Counted from the first letter of the stretch, positions 37,870-47,544 are shown. The stretch is 58,851 bases of DNA from Candidatus Zambryskibacteria bacterium CG10_big_fil_rev_8_21_14_0_10_42_12 (GCA_002787695.1 PCXL01000011.1:1-58851), one strand, 5' to 3'. Numbers and translations: made by a program. Notes: generated by a model from the letters alone, not told the origin.

Positions 37870-38940
37870 ATGACATCAGAAAAACATCTGCGTCTTTTTT
37901 GGGTTATTCTTATTTTGCTCATAGGAATTATTCTGGCTTTTTTTGTATTTAAACCTTTTTTGGCTGAAATATTTTTGGCGATAGTGCTTGCTATTGTTGC
38001 GCATCCTCTCTATACGTATGTAAGAAAAGTTATTCCGAGTGCTGGCTTGGCCTCTTTTGCGACAACCATTCTAGTTTTGTTAGTAATCATAATCCCTGTA
38101 TCACTCCTGGGTGTCGCCCTTGTAAAAGAAACGGTTAGTTTTGCGACAAATATCACAAACTCGGGAGAGAGTCTTGCAGGACTTGTACAAAATATCGACA
38201 ATTTTTTTGCTCGTGTAATTCCGTACTATAAAATCGATACATTATCTATTGAATCAGCTTCTACATATATTGAGGATGGTGTATTGTGGTTTGTTCAAAA
38301 TCTACAAGGTATATTTTCAAATATTTTTGAGTGGCTTGTGAGCACCGCTATCATGCTTGTGGCTCTGTATTATCTGTTTAAAGATGGCAGCAAATTATAT
38401 GAAGGCGTTTTGTACATAAGTCCACTCGATGATGCTGTAGATAAGAAGATTGGTCATGAAATAGCAACAATAATGAGGGCAGTTATTTTGGGAAGAATTT
38501 TTGTAGGAGTTATTCAAGGACTCGCTGCATATGTTGGTTTTCTCTTTTTTGGCATCGAGAACCCTCTTCTTCTGACAGCATTGGTTATCATCGTAGCTAT
38601 TTTACCACTTATCGGCACCTTGTTCGTACTTGCTCCTGTGGCACTGTATCAATTTGCTATTGGCGCTACCTTGCCTGCTGTCGGTATATTACTGTGGGGT
38701 ATATTTATTGTTGGTCTTGTTGATAATGTTGTTGGTCCTATCTTTATACACGGCAAAACAAGGTTACATCCTTTTGCAATCCTCGTCTCTATTCTGGGAG
38801 GTATTCACATGTTTGGTCTCGTAGGTTTTGTTGCTGGCCCTGTCTTGCTCGGTGTGGTCTACGCTCTATTTAAGATGCTGCCACTTGTCTACGGCGAGAT
38901 TAAACCGAAGAAGAGGGTACGATCAAAGAAAACGGCATAA
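37870..38940 (+). CDS. AI-2E family transporter
   Basis: Multi-TM; YYLFKDG, ILPLIGT, DNVVGP, LHP..IL.SILGG..FG..G...GP. Confidence 0.9.
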   Translation: MTSEKHLRLFWVILILLIGIILAFFVFKPFLAEIFLAIVLAIVAHPLYTYVRKVIPSAGLASFATTILVLLVIIIPVSLLGVALVKETVSFATNITNSGESLAGLVQNIDNFFARVIPYYKIDTLSIESASTYIEDGVLWFVQNLQGIFSNIFEWLVSTAIMLVALYYLFKDGSKLYEGVLYISPLDDAVDKKIGHEIATIMRAVILGRIFVGVIQGLAAYVGFLFFGIENPLLLTALVIIVAILPLIGTLFVLAPVALYQFAIGATLPAVGILLWGIFIVGLVDNVVGPIFIHGKTRLHPFAILVSILGGIHMFGLVGFVAGPVLLGVVYALFKMLPLVYGEIKPKKRVRSKKTA

Positions 38941-38984
38941 GCAGATACTTGAGTATATATGTGTCTCATGAGAGGATGGTGCCA

Positions 38985-39893
38985 ATGACGAAAAAGACCC
39001 TAGTAACCCATAATGGGACTTTTCATGCGGATGATATTTTTGCAGTTGCAACACTCATGCTTCTTCATGATGATCAAATTTCTATTGTACGAACAAGAGA
39101 TGAGTCGGTCGTTGATAAGGCGGATATGGTCGTCGATGTGGGTATGGAATATGACCCGAGTCGACAGAGGTTTGATCACCATCAGGAAGGTGGAGCAGGT
39201 GCGAGAGTAAACGGAATCCCTTATTCATCATTCGGACTTGTGTGGAAGGAATACGGAGAAGAAATTTGTGGTGACAGAGCGGTCGCGGCCGATATTGAAG
39301 AGCGCCTTGTTGCTTCCATTGACGCTCTTGATAATGGTGTTGATACAACCAGTCGGGTAAAAGATGGCTACCCATTTAGGTACTCAATTTCTGATGTTAT
39401 GTGGTTGTACCGACCAACATGGGAGGAAGCAAGCGAAGAAACGTTATACGCAGGATTCCTTAAGGCTGTTTCTTTAGCTAAATTTATTATTTCTCGTGAA
39501 ATAGACAAACTAAAGAGTGATTTTAAGGCACAGGAATATATTCGTTCTGTATACGAAATGTCTCAAGATAAAAGGATATTAATCCTTGATTCGTGTGCAC
39601 CTTGGGAAAAAGTAGTAAGTGCATTTCCAGAAACTCTTTTTGTTGTACATCCAAGTTTGGCAAGTGATGTGAATTGGTCTGCAGAAGTTGTGCGTGATGA
39701 CTCGACTACATTTTCAAGTAACCGCATTTCTTTTCCTGAAAGTTGGGCCGGTAAACGAGAAGATGAACTCAGGGCTATCACGGGAATAGATGGCGCTATT
39801 TTTGCGCATAGAGCTCGTTTTAAGGTTGTGGCAGACAGTAAACAGGCAGTACTGGCACTTGTAAATATAGCTCTCAAAGAGGCTGGCAGATAA
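38985..39893 (+). CDS. MYG1-family (DHH) exonuclease-like protein
   Basis: VTHNGTFHADD, VDVG..YD, FDHHQ, SSFGLVW, IDALDNG. Confidence 0.9.
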   Translation: MTKKTLVTHNGTFHADDIFAVATLMLLHDDQISIVRTRDESVVDKADMVVDVGMEYDPSRQRFDHHQEGGAGARVNGIPYSSFGLVWKEYGEEICGDRAVAADIEERLVASIDALDNGVDTTSRVKDGYPFRYSISDVMWLYRPTWEEASEETLYAGFLKAVSLAKFIISREIDKLKSDFKAQEYIRSVYEMSQDKRILILDSCAPWEKVVSAFPETLFVVHPSLASDVNWSAEVVRDDSTTFSSNRISFPESWAGKREDELRAITGIDGAIFAHRARFKVVADSKQAVLALVNIALKEAGR

Positions 39894-39945
39894 GCTGGTA
39901 TACACTGGAAAAATGGTGTATTTCCTGTAAAATGGGGCTTATTCT

Positions 39946-41367
39946 ATGAAATATACGCCGACGATCGGACTTGAAATACATGCAGAGCTCAAAACCAGAA
40001 CAAAAATGTTCTGCAATTCTAAGAATGATACGGAAGAAAAACGGCCTAATGTAAATATCTGTCCGGTGTGCATGGGACATCCCGGAACCTTGCCTGTTAT
40101 CAATAAGGAAGCGGTAAAACATGTGGTTTCAATCGGGTTAGCAGTAGGCGGCACTATTGCCGATTTTACGGAATTTGACCGTAAAAACTATTTTTACCCT
40201 GATATTCCAAAAGGATATCAGATTAGTCAGTTTGCATACCCACTCGTCAGAGGTGGGTCTATAAGCGGTGTGGAACTCACACGTATTCATCTTGAAGAAG
40301 ACACGGCAAAATCATCTCACGATAAGGGTGATTATTCACTAGTTGATTTCAATCGTGCTGGCGTACCGCTTATGGAGTTGGTTACGGAACCTGTTATTCA
40401 TGATGCAAAAACTGCTGGAGACTTTGCACGTGAGTTACAACTACTCCTCCAGTATCTAGGTATTGGGGACGCTAATATGGAGAAAGGAGAAATGCGTGTT
40501 GAAGCGAACATTTCTATTAGTGATGATCTAAACAAACTTGGTACTAAGGTTGAAGTAAAAAATTTAAACTCTTTTAAATCAGTAGAGAAGGCGATTGAAT
40601 ATGAAATCAAGCGACACGCAGAAATTTTAGATGCGGGTGGCACCATTACACAAGAGACTCGTGGATGGGACGAAGGGAAGCAGGAAACATTTTCGCAGAG
40701 AGCAAAAGAGGAGTCTCACGACTATAGATATTTTCCAGACCCAGATCTACCCAAGCTTAAACTTTCTCTACTGGATGAATTCGATCTTGAGAAGGGTAAG
40801 AGTGCATTGCCTGAATTGCCGTGGCACAAACGGGAGCGTATGGTTGGTGACTATGGTATCAAGACAGAACACGCAGAATTCTATGTGCGCAACCGAGGGT
40901 GGGGGGCATATTTTGAAACTGTAGCATCCCAGGTCTCTGACAAGGAATATGTGCAACTTGCGTCAAATTATATCGTATCTGATATAACAGGATTGGTCTC
41001 AGATGAACACATTTCTGAAGAGTCAGTTGGCAAGTTGACACCAGACGCGCTCGTCGCAGTCGTACAAATGATTGCTTCGGGAGAACTTTCATCACGTGGT
41101 GCAAAAGATACGATCGCAATTTTATTTAAAGAGGGAGGTGATGCAAAAGAAGTTGCAGAAAAAAATAATTTAATACAAAAAAATGATCCAGAATTTTTGA
41201 AAAAAATTGTTCATGAGGTGATCAAAGAAAACCAAACTGTTGTAGATGAATACAAGAGTGGTAAAGAACAATCACTACAATTTTTAGTTGGGCAGGTTAT
41301 GAAAAAATCCCAAGGTAGTGCAAACCCGGGATTGGCAAAAGAGTCGTTACTAGCTGCAATTCAATAG
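39946..41367 (+). CDS. gatB: Asp-tRNA(Asn)/Glu-tRNA(Gln) amidotransferase subunit B
   Basis: IGLEIHAEL, RKNYFYPD, RIHLEED, NRAGVPLMELVTEP, EVKNLNS, YRYFPDPDL. Confidence 0.98.
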   Translation: MKYTPTIGLEIHAELKTRTKMFCNSKNDTEEKRPNVNICPVCMGHPGTLPVINKEAVKHVVSIGLAVGGTIADFTEFDRKNYFYPDIPKGYQISQFAYPLVRGGSISGVELTRIHLEEDTAKSSHDKGDYSLVDFNRAGVPLMELVTEPVIHDAKTAGDFARELQLLLQYLGIGDANMEKGEMRVEANISISDDLNKLGTKVEVKNLNSFKSVEKAIEYEIKRHAEILDAGGTITQETRGWDEGKQETFSQRAKEESHDYRYFPDPDLPKLKLSLLDEFDLEKGKSALPELPWHKRERMVGDYGIKTEHAEFYVRNRGWGAYFETVASQVSDKEYVQLASNYIVSDITGLVSDEHISEESVGKLTPDALVAVVQMIASGELSSRGAKDTIAILFKEGGDAKEVAEKNNLIQKNDPEFLKKIVHEVIKENQTVVDEYKSGKEQSLQFLVGQVMKKSQGSANPGLAKESLLAAIQ

Positions 41368-41371
41368 GCTC

Positions 41372-41617
41372 TCAATTTTCGTAGTCGAGGTGGCGTATAG
41401 GCAACTTGCGCGCCTCGTTTCTTTTATTGGTAGTGTTCTTGTTAAATTCAAGATCCTCAGCAATCTTCATGAGGTCAGAAACTTTGTAGACCCTGTAGTT
41501 ATTCATCGGGTGTCTTGTGGTCGGGAACTTACCAGATTTGTCCCAATTGCGAAGGGTAAGTGGGGTTACGCCGAGGATCTCTGCTGCTTTTTTTATTGTC
41601 ACAAATTGCTCATTCAT
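41372..41617 (-). CDS. MerR/excisionase-type HTH protein, 81 aa
   Basis: VTIKKAAEILGVTPLTLRNWDKSG...R...NNYRVY. Confidence 0.88.
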   Translation of the reverse strand: MNEQFVTIKKAAEILGVTPLTLRNWDKSGKFPTTRHPMNNYRVYKVSDLMKIAEDLEFNKNTTNKRNEARKLPIRHLDYEN

Positions 41618-41627
41618 AATATATAAA

Positions 41628-41708
41628 CCTATATAAACATTACTATTATCATACCAAAACATTGATATTAAACATGTGTATAAGTATATAGGATTAGTAA
41701 TGTTTATA
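41628..41708. promoter_or_regulatory. Inverted-repeat operator-like array upstream of the MerR-HTH gene
   Basis: TATAAACATTACTA (41632-41645)/TAGTAATGTTTATA (41695-41708); CCTATATA (41628-41635)/TATATAGG (41685-41692). Confidence 0.45.
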
Positions 41709-41954
41709 CATACATATGTGTTATCATCTCACGTTACATACCCTCTGCATGTTACTATTGTTCGTGTGTCACATGTTCATTTTAGATTAGGTATGAGAGT
41801 GGACCTTTAAAGATATGCAGGTGGAATGGCTTATTTTGTGCGTATATATTTTTGAACAATTTAGTTACGAATACTCTATGGAAAAACAAAGTACATGATT
41901 GAAGGTGAGATTCAGCGTACCCATATTGACCGCTAATAAAAGAAGAATAAATCT

Positions 41955-41972
41955 TACAAGGGTGCCCCTTGT
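41955..41972 (+). repeat. REP-like palindrome, copy A
   Basis: TACAAGGGTGCCCCTTGT, identical to the first 18 nt of the copies beside the RAYT gene. Confidence 0.8.
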
Positions 41973-42156
41973 TCTGGCTCTAAAATTTTACCAAGCGCTG
42001 GTAAGTGGTTAATTTATTTGTTATTTGTACAGTTTGTCCCTTGTATTACCCGAGACGAGATGTCTTTAATTATCCACATGTATTTGTATACCACTGTTCT
42101 TGCACGAGCGTATACTTATATACAAGTGGTTACTAACATGTGGAGACCTGCTAGTG

Positions 42157-45100
42157 ATGTCTGAACAATCTTTTGATCTAAATAATAAATTCATAACCTC
42201 GAGAGAAGCGGCACAACATGCCGGCTATTCAAACGACTACATTGGTCAGTTGTGTCGTGAAGGAAGAGTGGATGCAAAAAAAGTTGGTAAGATTTGGTCT
42301 GTATCTAAAAGCTCACTTGATGAGTATCTTGATTCAGAGAGAAGTAAAGTTCTGGAATCTAAAACAACTCTGACTGGTTCCCGAGATGTTGCCATACATA
42401 ATGACATCTCGGATGCCGAGATATCCAACAAGTCATTTTCATACAGGTCTGTCTCTCATGCGAACATACCAATTTTGAATGATCAGCGAGATGCGTATCG
42501 TGATCAATATAAGAGGGATGACTTAGAGAAACATACTAATAATACGAATACTTCATTTTTTGCTTCTCGTGTCGCTCCTGTTATTTTAGGAATTACATTT
42601 GTAAGTGCTGGACTGGCTTATGCGTACGACATGAAAGGTTGGGGATCTGTCATCAGTTTCCTAGGAGAGGCAGGAAGTGATCGAATCGTGTATGACGCTG
42701 TGTCACTTAAAACTATTGAGCCGAAAAGTGTATTAACGCGAGTTTCTGAGAAAGTATCACGGATGGATGATTATGTGTATCAACGATTTGATGACGGGAA
42801 GACATCTTTATTGTTGGCACAGGCAAACATGGACTCAAATGTATTTGATACATTTGCACAATATGTCTATCGTTCTATAAACAGTGTCGTATGTCTTTTT
42901 TGGTGTGACCGAGAACATGAACAGGAGAATGTTATTGTTGAGGATGATCGAAAAGATGAGGCGCTCGTACGTGAGCCTCTTAATATTTCAAACCAACATG
43001 GTGTAGTATCGATTCAGACGGTGGTTCAGTCGGAGAGAGTGATCGAGCGCGTGACCGAACCCGTATTTATATCGCAGGGCACCATTACGCGCGAAGAGTT
43101 TGAGGCACGACTCGGCGCTCTGCAGTCAGAGGTCAAAACAATCCCGCGATATGCAGATTCTCCAACAGGTAGTAGTGGCGGTGGCTCTGTTGTCTATCGT
43201 GATGCAGGTGCAAATAATTATGGCTTGAATGGCGATCAAATCACTATTCCCGGAAATCTTTATGCAAACGGTAATTCATATTTTGATACCGATACACTCG
43301 TAGTAGATGATACAAATAGAAAAGTGGGTATCGGGACGACTAGTCCGTTTGCGAAGTTTAGTATTGCAGGTGATTTGGTCTTGACTGGTAAATTCTACGA
43401 TGCCAATAGTTCAGCAGGTACTAATGGCTTTGTACTCCGGACAACAGGTACAACAACAGAATGGGTTGCAGTCGGAGATCTCGGTATTTCGCAAACATTT
43501 ACAGGCCTTACTGACACGCTCTCGTCTTTGACGGCTAGTCGAATTATTTATACGAGTGCGGATGGAACAACTCTCACCGACTCTGCAAACTTTGTCTTTG
43601 ACGGAACCAATCTGGGAGTTGGTACAACAACACCAGGATACAGGGTTGGCATCGGTGGCACACTTGGCGTAACGGGTACAACCAACCTTGCAACCACAAC
43701 CATTACAGGACTCCTCACTGTAAACGGCAACACCAACATCACCGAAGGTGGCGAACTCACTGTGGGAGACAAAGTGATTTCCGAAGGCGAGATCGGTGCC
43801 GGCACCTCAACGCCGGCTGCAAAGCTCGCGGTGCAAAATACACTGACCGACCAAACTGCGTCACTTATCTATGGTGCAGTTGGCCAAACGGCGCCTCTCT
43901 TTGATGTCTTTGATAATCCAACAATTAATGCAAATCTATTTCGTATAACGGCTGATGGTAAAGTGGGCGTTGGTACGACGAGTCCGTTTGCTAAATTTGC
44001 GATCAGAGGAGATGGTACGAGTACTGGATTGAATTTTCAAACAACAAATGTGAATCATACGCCTTTGTTTACTATTTTGGATAACGGAAGAGTTGGTATA
44101 AATAATAGTAGCCCTGCGTATCCACTTGATGTAACTGGGGAAATTAGGACTACTGACGATATTCAATTTACCGGTGCGGCTGGTGTGGGTATGAAATATT
44201 TTAATGCAAGCATTACATTTAGTAATTCAAATGGGTCTATAACATTAAATCCTCATCTGGGTAATACACTGTTTAGTGCAGGTAATGTGGGTATCGGTAC
44301 TACCTCTCCATACGCAAAACTTTCTGTTGTGGGGGATATTGTAGGTTCTTATTTTAATGCCACTTCCTCTACAGGTTATCAATTGGGTGGTTCAACCATT
44401 TTAACCGCATCAACGTCGAATAATTCTCTATTCATAGGTTCTAATGCTGGATTAAATATGCTTTCTACAGGAACTGGTAATATTGGTATTGGTTTAAATG
44501 CCTTGTATACAAATACTACTGGTGATTATTCTGTTGCAATCGGAAATAGTGCATTGCGGTTGGCACTGACTGCACAAAGAAATGTGGCTATTGGGTATGA
44601 GGCAATGGAATCAACAACAGGGAGTAGTAATACGGCGGTTGGTTATAATGTACTAAAAGCAAATACAACTGGAAGCGAAAATGTTGCTATAGGAGAGAAT
44701 GCTATGTCTCTTAGTACTGCATCACAAAATACAGCAGTCGGTTATCAGTCCCTCATTCAGTCTGCAAATTCTGGTAATAGTGCCTTTGGTCATAGTACAT
44801 TATTTAGTAATACAAGTGGACAACAAAATATAGCAATTGGTTTTCAAGCAGGTTATGGTGTTAGTACGGGCAATAGGAACATTCTAGTTGGTTATCAGGC
44901 AGGGGTAACGGGTGGAAGTCTTACAACAGGTTCTAATAATATTTTGATTGGTCACCAAGCCGGTGCAACATCTAGTACTATGACAAATGGTTTAAATATT
45001 GGAAATTTAATTTATGGAACAGGGTTGGGCGGGACAGGTACCACACTATCTACAGGTAATATCGGCATTGGCACCACCTCACCTGGATATAAATTACATG

Positions 45101-46104
45101 TATACGTTGGCACAGACACCGATGTCGCAGGCTTCACTGATAGTAATGGCACCTGTACGATTAATCCGACAAGTACTGCGCTCTCTTGCTCATCAGACAG
45201 AACTCTTAAAAAGGATATTTCATCTCTTGATCCAGTTACGATGCTCCAGAATGTCGTAGCACTCAATGCGGTTAATTATCACTGGAAGACAGAAGACTCT
45301 GGCAATCCGCTCCGTCTCGGCTTTATTGCACAAGAAGTTGAAAAAGTATTTCCAGAGTTCGTCACTATCGGACCAAACGGTAAAAAAGCAGTCTCTTACG
45401 GTTCTTTCACTCCGGTGCTTGCAAGTGCTATTCAAGCTATCTATAAGGATATTTATGAGATGGAGCCTGTTAATACAAAAGGTCAGTCGACATTACTCGG
45501 AAGACTGTTGCAGTACTTTGAAAATGCTGGCGTGAAAATTGCTAATGGTCTTACGACAATTAAGGATTTGGTAGCACACAAACTTACCGTCGGTACGAGT
45601 GATAAGCCAACGGGCATCACCTTGTATGATGAAGTGTCTGGTAATCCGTACTGTCTTGTTATAAGAAGTGGACAACCGACTACATATGCTGGCGAATGTG
45701 GAACAGGAGCGCAAACTGTTGCTGTTGCAAACTCTGGCAGTAGTCCTGCGGCGAGTGATGCTGGTACTGAGAATAGCACTGGTGAAGAAATTATTGATGT
45801 AGAACAGCAGGGAGATATGGCTACAAGTACAGAAGATATTGTTGAAGAAGCAACTGAAGAAAATAATAATGAAGCGGTGACTGATGGCACACAAACCGTA
45901 GTGGAAGAATCATCAGACGAAGAGGTAAGTGAGCCAGATGTGCAACAAGAAGCAGTTGTAGCTCCTGCAGAACCAGAAGAGTCAGTAGAGGAGACCTCTC
46001 CACCAGAGCCAGAAAATACTGAGCCAAACGTTGAGGAACCACAACAATCAGCATCTTCTAGCGAAGATTCAACTTCTGAACCGTTTGTAGGTGACGCTTC
46101 ATAA
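42157..46104 (+). CDS. Large membrane-anchored fibre/adhesin-like protein: HTH - TM - beta-repeats - peptidase S74 chaperone - acidic tail
   Basis: FITSREAAQHAGYSNDYIGQLCREG..DAKKVGKIWSV (excisionase-like HTH); TM VAPVILGITFVSAGLAYAY; seven xGxGTTSP-type repeats; about 11 NxAxGxxA repeats; SSDRTLKKDI...LGFIAQEVEKVFPEFV (S74). ATG 42157 preferred to 42100. Confidence 0.88.
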   Translation: MSEQSFDLNNKFITSREAAQHAGYSNDYIGQLCREGRVDAKKVGKIWSVSKSSLDEYLDSERSKVLESKTTLTGSRDVAIHNDISDAEISNKSFSYRSVSHANIPILNDQRDAYRDQYKRDDLEKHTNNTNTSFFASRVAPVILGITFVSAGLAYAYDMKGWGSVISFLGEAGSDRIVYDAVSLKTIEPKSVLTRVSEKVSRMDDYVYQRFDDGKTSLLLAQANMDSNVFDTFAQYVYRSINSVVCLFWCDREHEQENVIVEDDRKDEALVREPLNISNQHGVVSIQTVVQSERVIERVTEPVFISQGTITREEFEARLGALQSEVKTIPRYADSPTGSSGGGSVVYRDAGANNYGLNGDQITIPGNLYANGNSYFDTDTLVVDDTNRKVGIGTTSPFAKFSIAGDLVLTGKFYDANSSAGTNGFVLRTTGTTTEWVAVGDLGISQTFTGLTDTLSSLTASRIIYTSADGTTLTDSANFVFDGTNLGVGTTTPGYRVGIGGTLGVTGTTNLATTTITGLLTVNGNTNITEGGELTVGDKVISEGEIGAGTSTPAAKLAVQNTLTDQTASLIYGAVGQTAPLFDVFDNPTINANLFRITADGKVGVGTTSPFAKFAIRGDGTSTGLNFQTTNVNHTPLFTILDNGRVGINNSSPAYPLDVTGEIRTTDDIQFTGAAGVGMKYFNASITFSNSNGSITLNPHLGNTLFSAGNVGIGTTSPYAKLSVVGDIVGSYFNATSSTGYQLGGSTILTASTSNNSLFIGSNAGLNMLSTGTGNIGIGLNALYTNTTGDYSVAIGNSALRLALTAQRNVAIGYEAMESTTGSSNTAVGYNVLKANTTGSENVAIGENAMSLSTASQNTAVGYQSLIQSANSGNSAFGHSTLFSNTSGQQNIAIGFQAGYGVSTGNRNILVGYQAGVTGGSLTTGSNNILIGHQAGATSSTMTNGLNIGNLIYGTGLGGTGTTLSTGNIGIGTTSPGYKLHVYVGTDTDVAGFTDSNGTCTINPTSTALSCSSDRTLKKDISSLDPVTMLQNVVALNAVNYHWKTEDSGNPLRLGFIAQEVEKVFPEFVTIGPNGKKAVSYGSFTPVLASAIQAIYKDIYEMEPVNTKGQSTLLGRLLQYFENAGVKIANGLTTIKDLVAHKLTVGTSDKPTGITLYDEVSGNPYCLVIRSGQPTTYAGECGTGAQTVAVANSGSSPAASDAGTENSTGEEIIDVEQQGDMATSTEDIVEEATEENNNEAVTDGTQTVVEESSDEEVSEPDVQQEAVVAPAEPEESVEETSPPEPENTEPNVEEPQQSASSSEDSTSEPFVGDAS

Positions 46105-46142
46105 AACAAAAAAGAACACTCGTGCAAGTTTGCCTATAAACC

Positions 46143-46205
46143 TACAAGGGGCACCCTTGTAATTTTGTAAACCTTTATATTACCCCTACAAGGGTGCCCC
46201 TTGTA
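46143..46205. repeat. REP doublet (REPIN-like): two inverted copies
   Basis: TACAAGGGGCACCCTTGTA (46143-46161) is the reverse complement of TACAAGGGTGCCCCTTGTA (46187-46205). Confidence 0.85.
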
Positions 46206-46237
46206 GGGCTTTTATCTCATGATATGATTTGAATATT

Positions 46238-46885
46238 ATGCATGCGCGTGATTATAAGCAGTTTGCACCAAACGAGTTTTACCATATTTACAATCGCGGT
46301 GTTGGTAAAATGAATATTTTTCTAGACGATGAGGATTACAATTTTTTTCTTACTCGACTCAAAGAGAACTTGTTTCCTAGTAGCATAAGTATGTCTAATA
46401 AAATAAGGAGAAAACTTTTGCCGGCAGGCTCATTTGATTTGGTTTGTTATTGTTTGATGCCAAATCATTTTCATCTTTTGTTTTTTCAAAAGACAGAGGT
46501 GTCAATTAGTGCGTTAATGTTGAAAGTTATGACGGGGTATGTGATCTATTTCAATAAAAAATATGATCGCGTCGGCTCGCTATTTCAAGATCAATTCAAA
46601 GCGGTATGTGTAAAATCTGACGAACAACTTTTATGGCTTTCTGCATATATTCACACAAATCCATCAGTTGCGCAGCTAGTATCTGATGATATGCAATATG
46701 CGTGGAGTAGTCTGAGGGAGTATATAACAAAAGATAGGGGTATGTGTGTGACAGATCATATACTGCAGTCATATCGTTCTCCGGCATACTACAAAAAACT
46801 GATGATGGAGGCAAAGAAGGTTATTTATGGAAATAAGAAAGATAAGGCGAGCACATCAGCTTTAGGGGCAGTGTTTGATCTGTAA
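46238..46885 (+). CDS. REP-associated tyrosine transposase (RAYT, IS200/IS605 Y1 HUH family)
   Basis: FYHIYNRGV, IFLDDEDY, YCLMPNHFHLL (HUH), YFNKKY.R.G.LFQ, YIHTNP (catalytic Tyr), YAWSS..EY; flanked by REP palindromes. Confidence 0.92.
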   Translation: MHARDYKQFAPNEFYHIYNRGVGKMNIFLDDEDYNFFLTRLKENLFPSSISMSNKIRRKLLPAGSFDLVCYCLMPNHFHLLFFQKTEVSISALMLKVMTGYVIYFNKKYDRVGSLFQDQFKAVCVKSDEQLLWLSAYIHTNPSVAQLVSDDMQYAWSSLREYITKDRGMCVTDHILQSYRSPAYYKKLMMEAKKVIYGNKKDKASTSALGAVFDL

Positions 46886-46905
46886 CTTTGAGAGATATAC
46901 CAATT

Positions 46906-46924
46906 TACAAGGGTGCCCCTTGTA
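46906..46924 (+). repeat. REP-like palindrome downstream of RAYT
   Basis: TACAAGGGTGCCCCTTGTA followed by short TGTAAA repeats. Confidence 0.85.
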
Positions 46925-46984
46925 AACTTGTAAAGTGTAAAACAATATCAAAAAGACACCGCGTATACAGTGTCTTTTTGATAT

Positions 46985-47410
46985 TGTTGCTTGTAAGCCG
47001 AATTCTGTACCCAGCACCACTTTTGTATTCGAGCACACTTAACTCGATGTATACTCAACTTACAAAAGTGGTGCTGGGCGATAGTCATATATCTGGTCCC
47101 TCAATTGCTTTCGGGATCAAGCGGCTCTCTCCAAAAATGGAGCACGGCCTTGCACTCGGGTAAGGATTTTGCCGTTTCACTCCCTCACATGCGCGCATGT
47201 GAGGGGCTACGCCATCATTAAACGCGTGGCGTCCTAATTTATTTCTAAATCAGGCGTCTCTGCTCGCACCTCTTCGCCACACTTTCAAAAAGTGTGGCGA
47301 GACGGGTGTTACCCGCTACCTGTACCCAGCACCACTCTGTGACAGAGTGGTGCTGGGTAGAGTGTTCGGACTTTCCTCCCAGCTGTAAGGCTGGGCGACT
47401 ATCCAGCTAT
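46985..47410 (-). ncRNA. rnpB: RNase P RNA with palindromic expansions
   Basis: On the minus strand: GGATAGTCGCC, GAGGAAAGTCC (P4), GGGTAACACCC, GTGAAACGGC, GAGTGCAAGG, AGATATATGACT, ACAGAATTCGGCTTA. Ends approximate. Confidence 0.93.
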
Positions 47411-47544
47411 ATAATTATAACATGATATTTATATATAGCAATTTTCCCTATGCACGGCTTTAATAAAGAGAAATTAACATGAGGGATAATTACAATGAGG
47501 TAGTATAATAGCAAGGTTATAAAAACGAGATACGTGATTTTGTC

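Noticed and set aside
33766-42078. Perfect DnaA boxes TTATCCACA at 33766-33774 and 42070-42078 as oriC
   Set aside because: Single isolated boxes, no cluster and no dnaA/dnaN nearby; at most promoter-level sites. GC skew was not computed.
42157-46104. Prophage, from the tail-fibre/S74 gene and Xis-like HTH
   Set aside because: No capsid, terminase, portal or integrase genes; flanks are housekeeping genes; the protein has a TM anchor.
45483-46127. 214-aa minus-strand ORF, and similarly 10743-11234 and 56484-56960
   Set aside because: Antisense mirrors of acidic low-complexity tails (Ser/Thr-rich output); no start signals or motifs.
47010-47359. CCCAGCACCAC repeats as a CRISPR array
   Set aside because: Copies are inverted stems inside rnpB, not regularly spaced direct repeats; no cas genes in the window.
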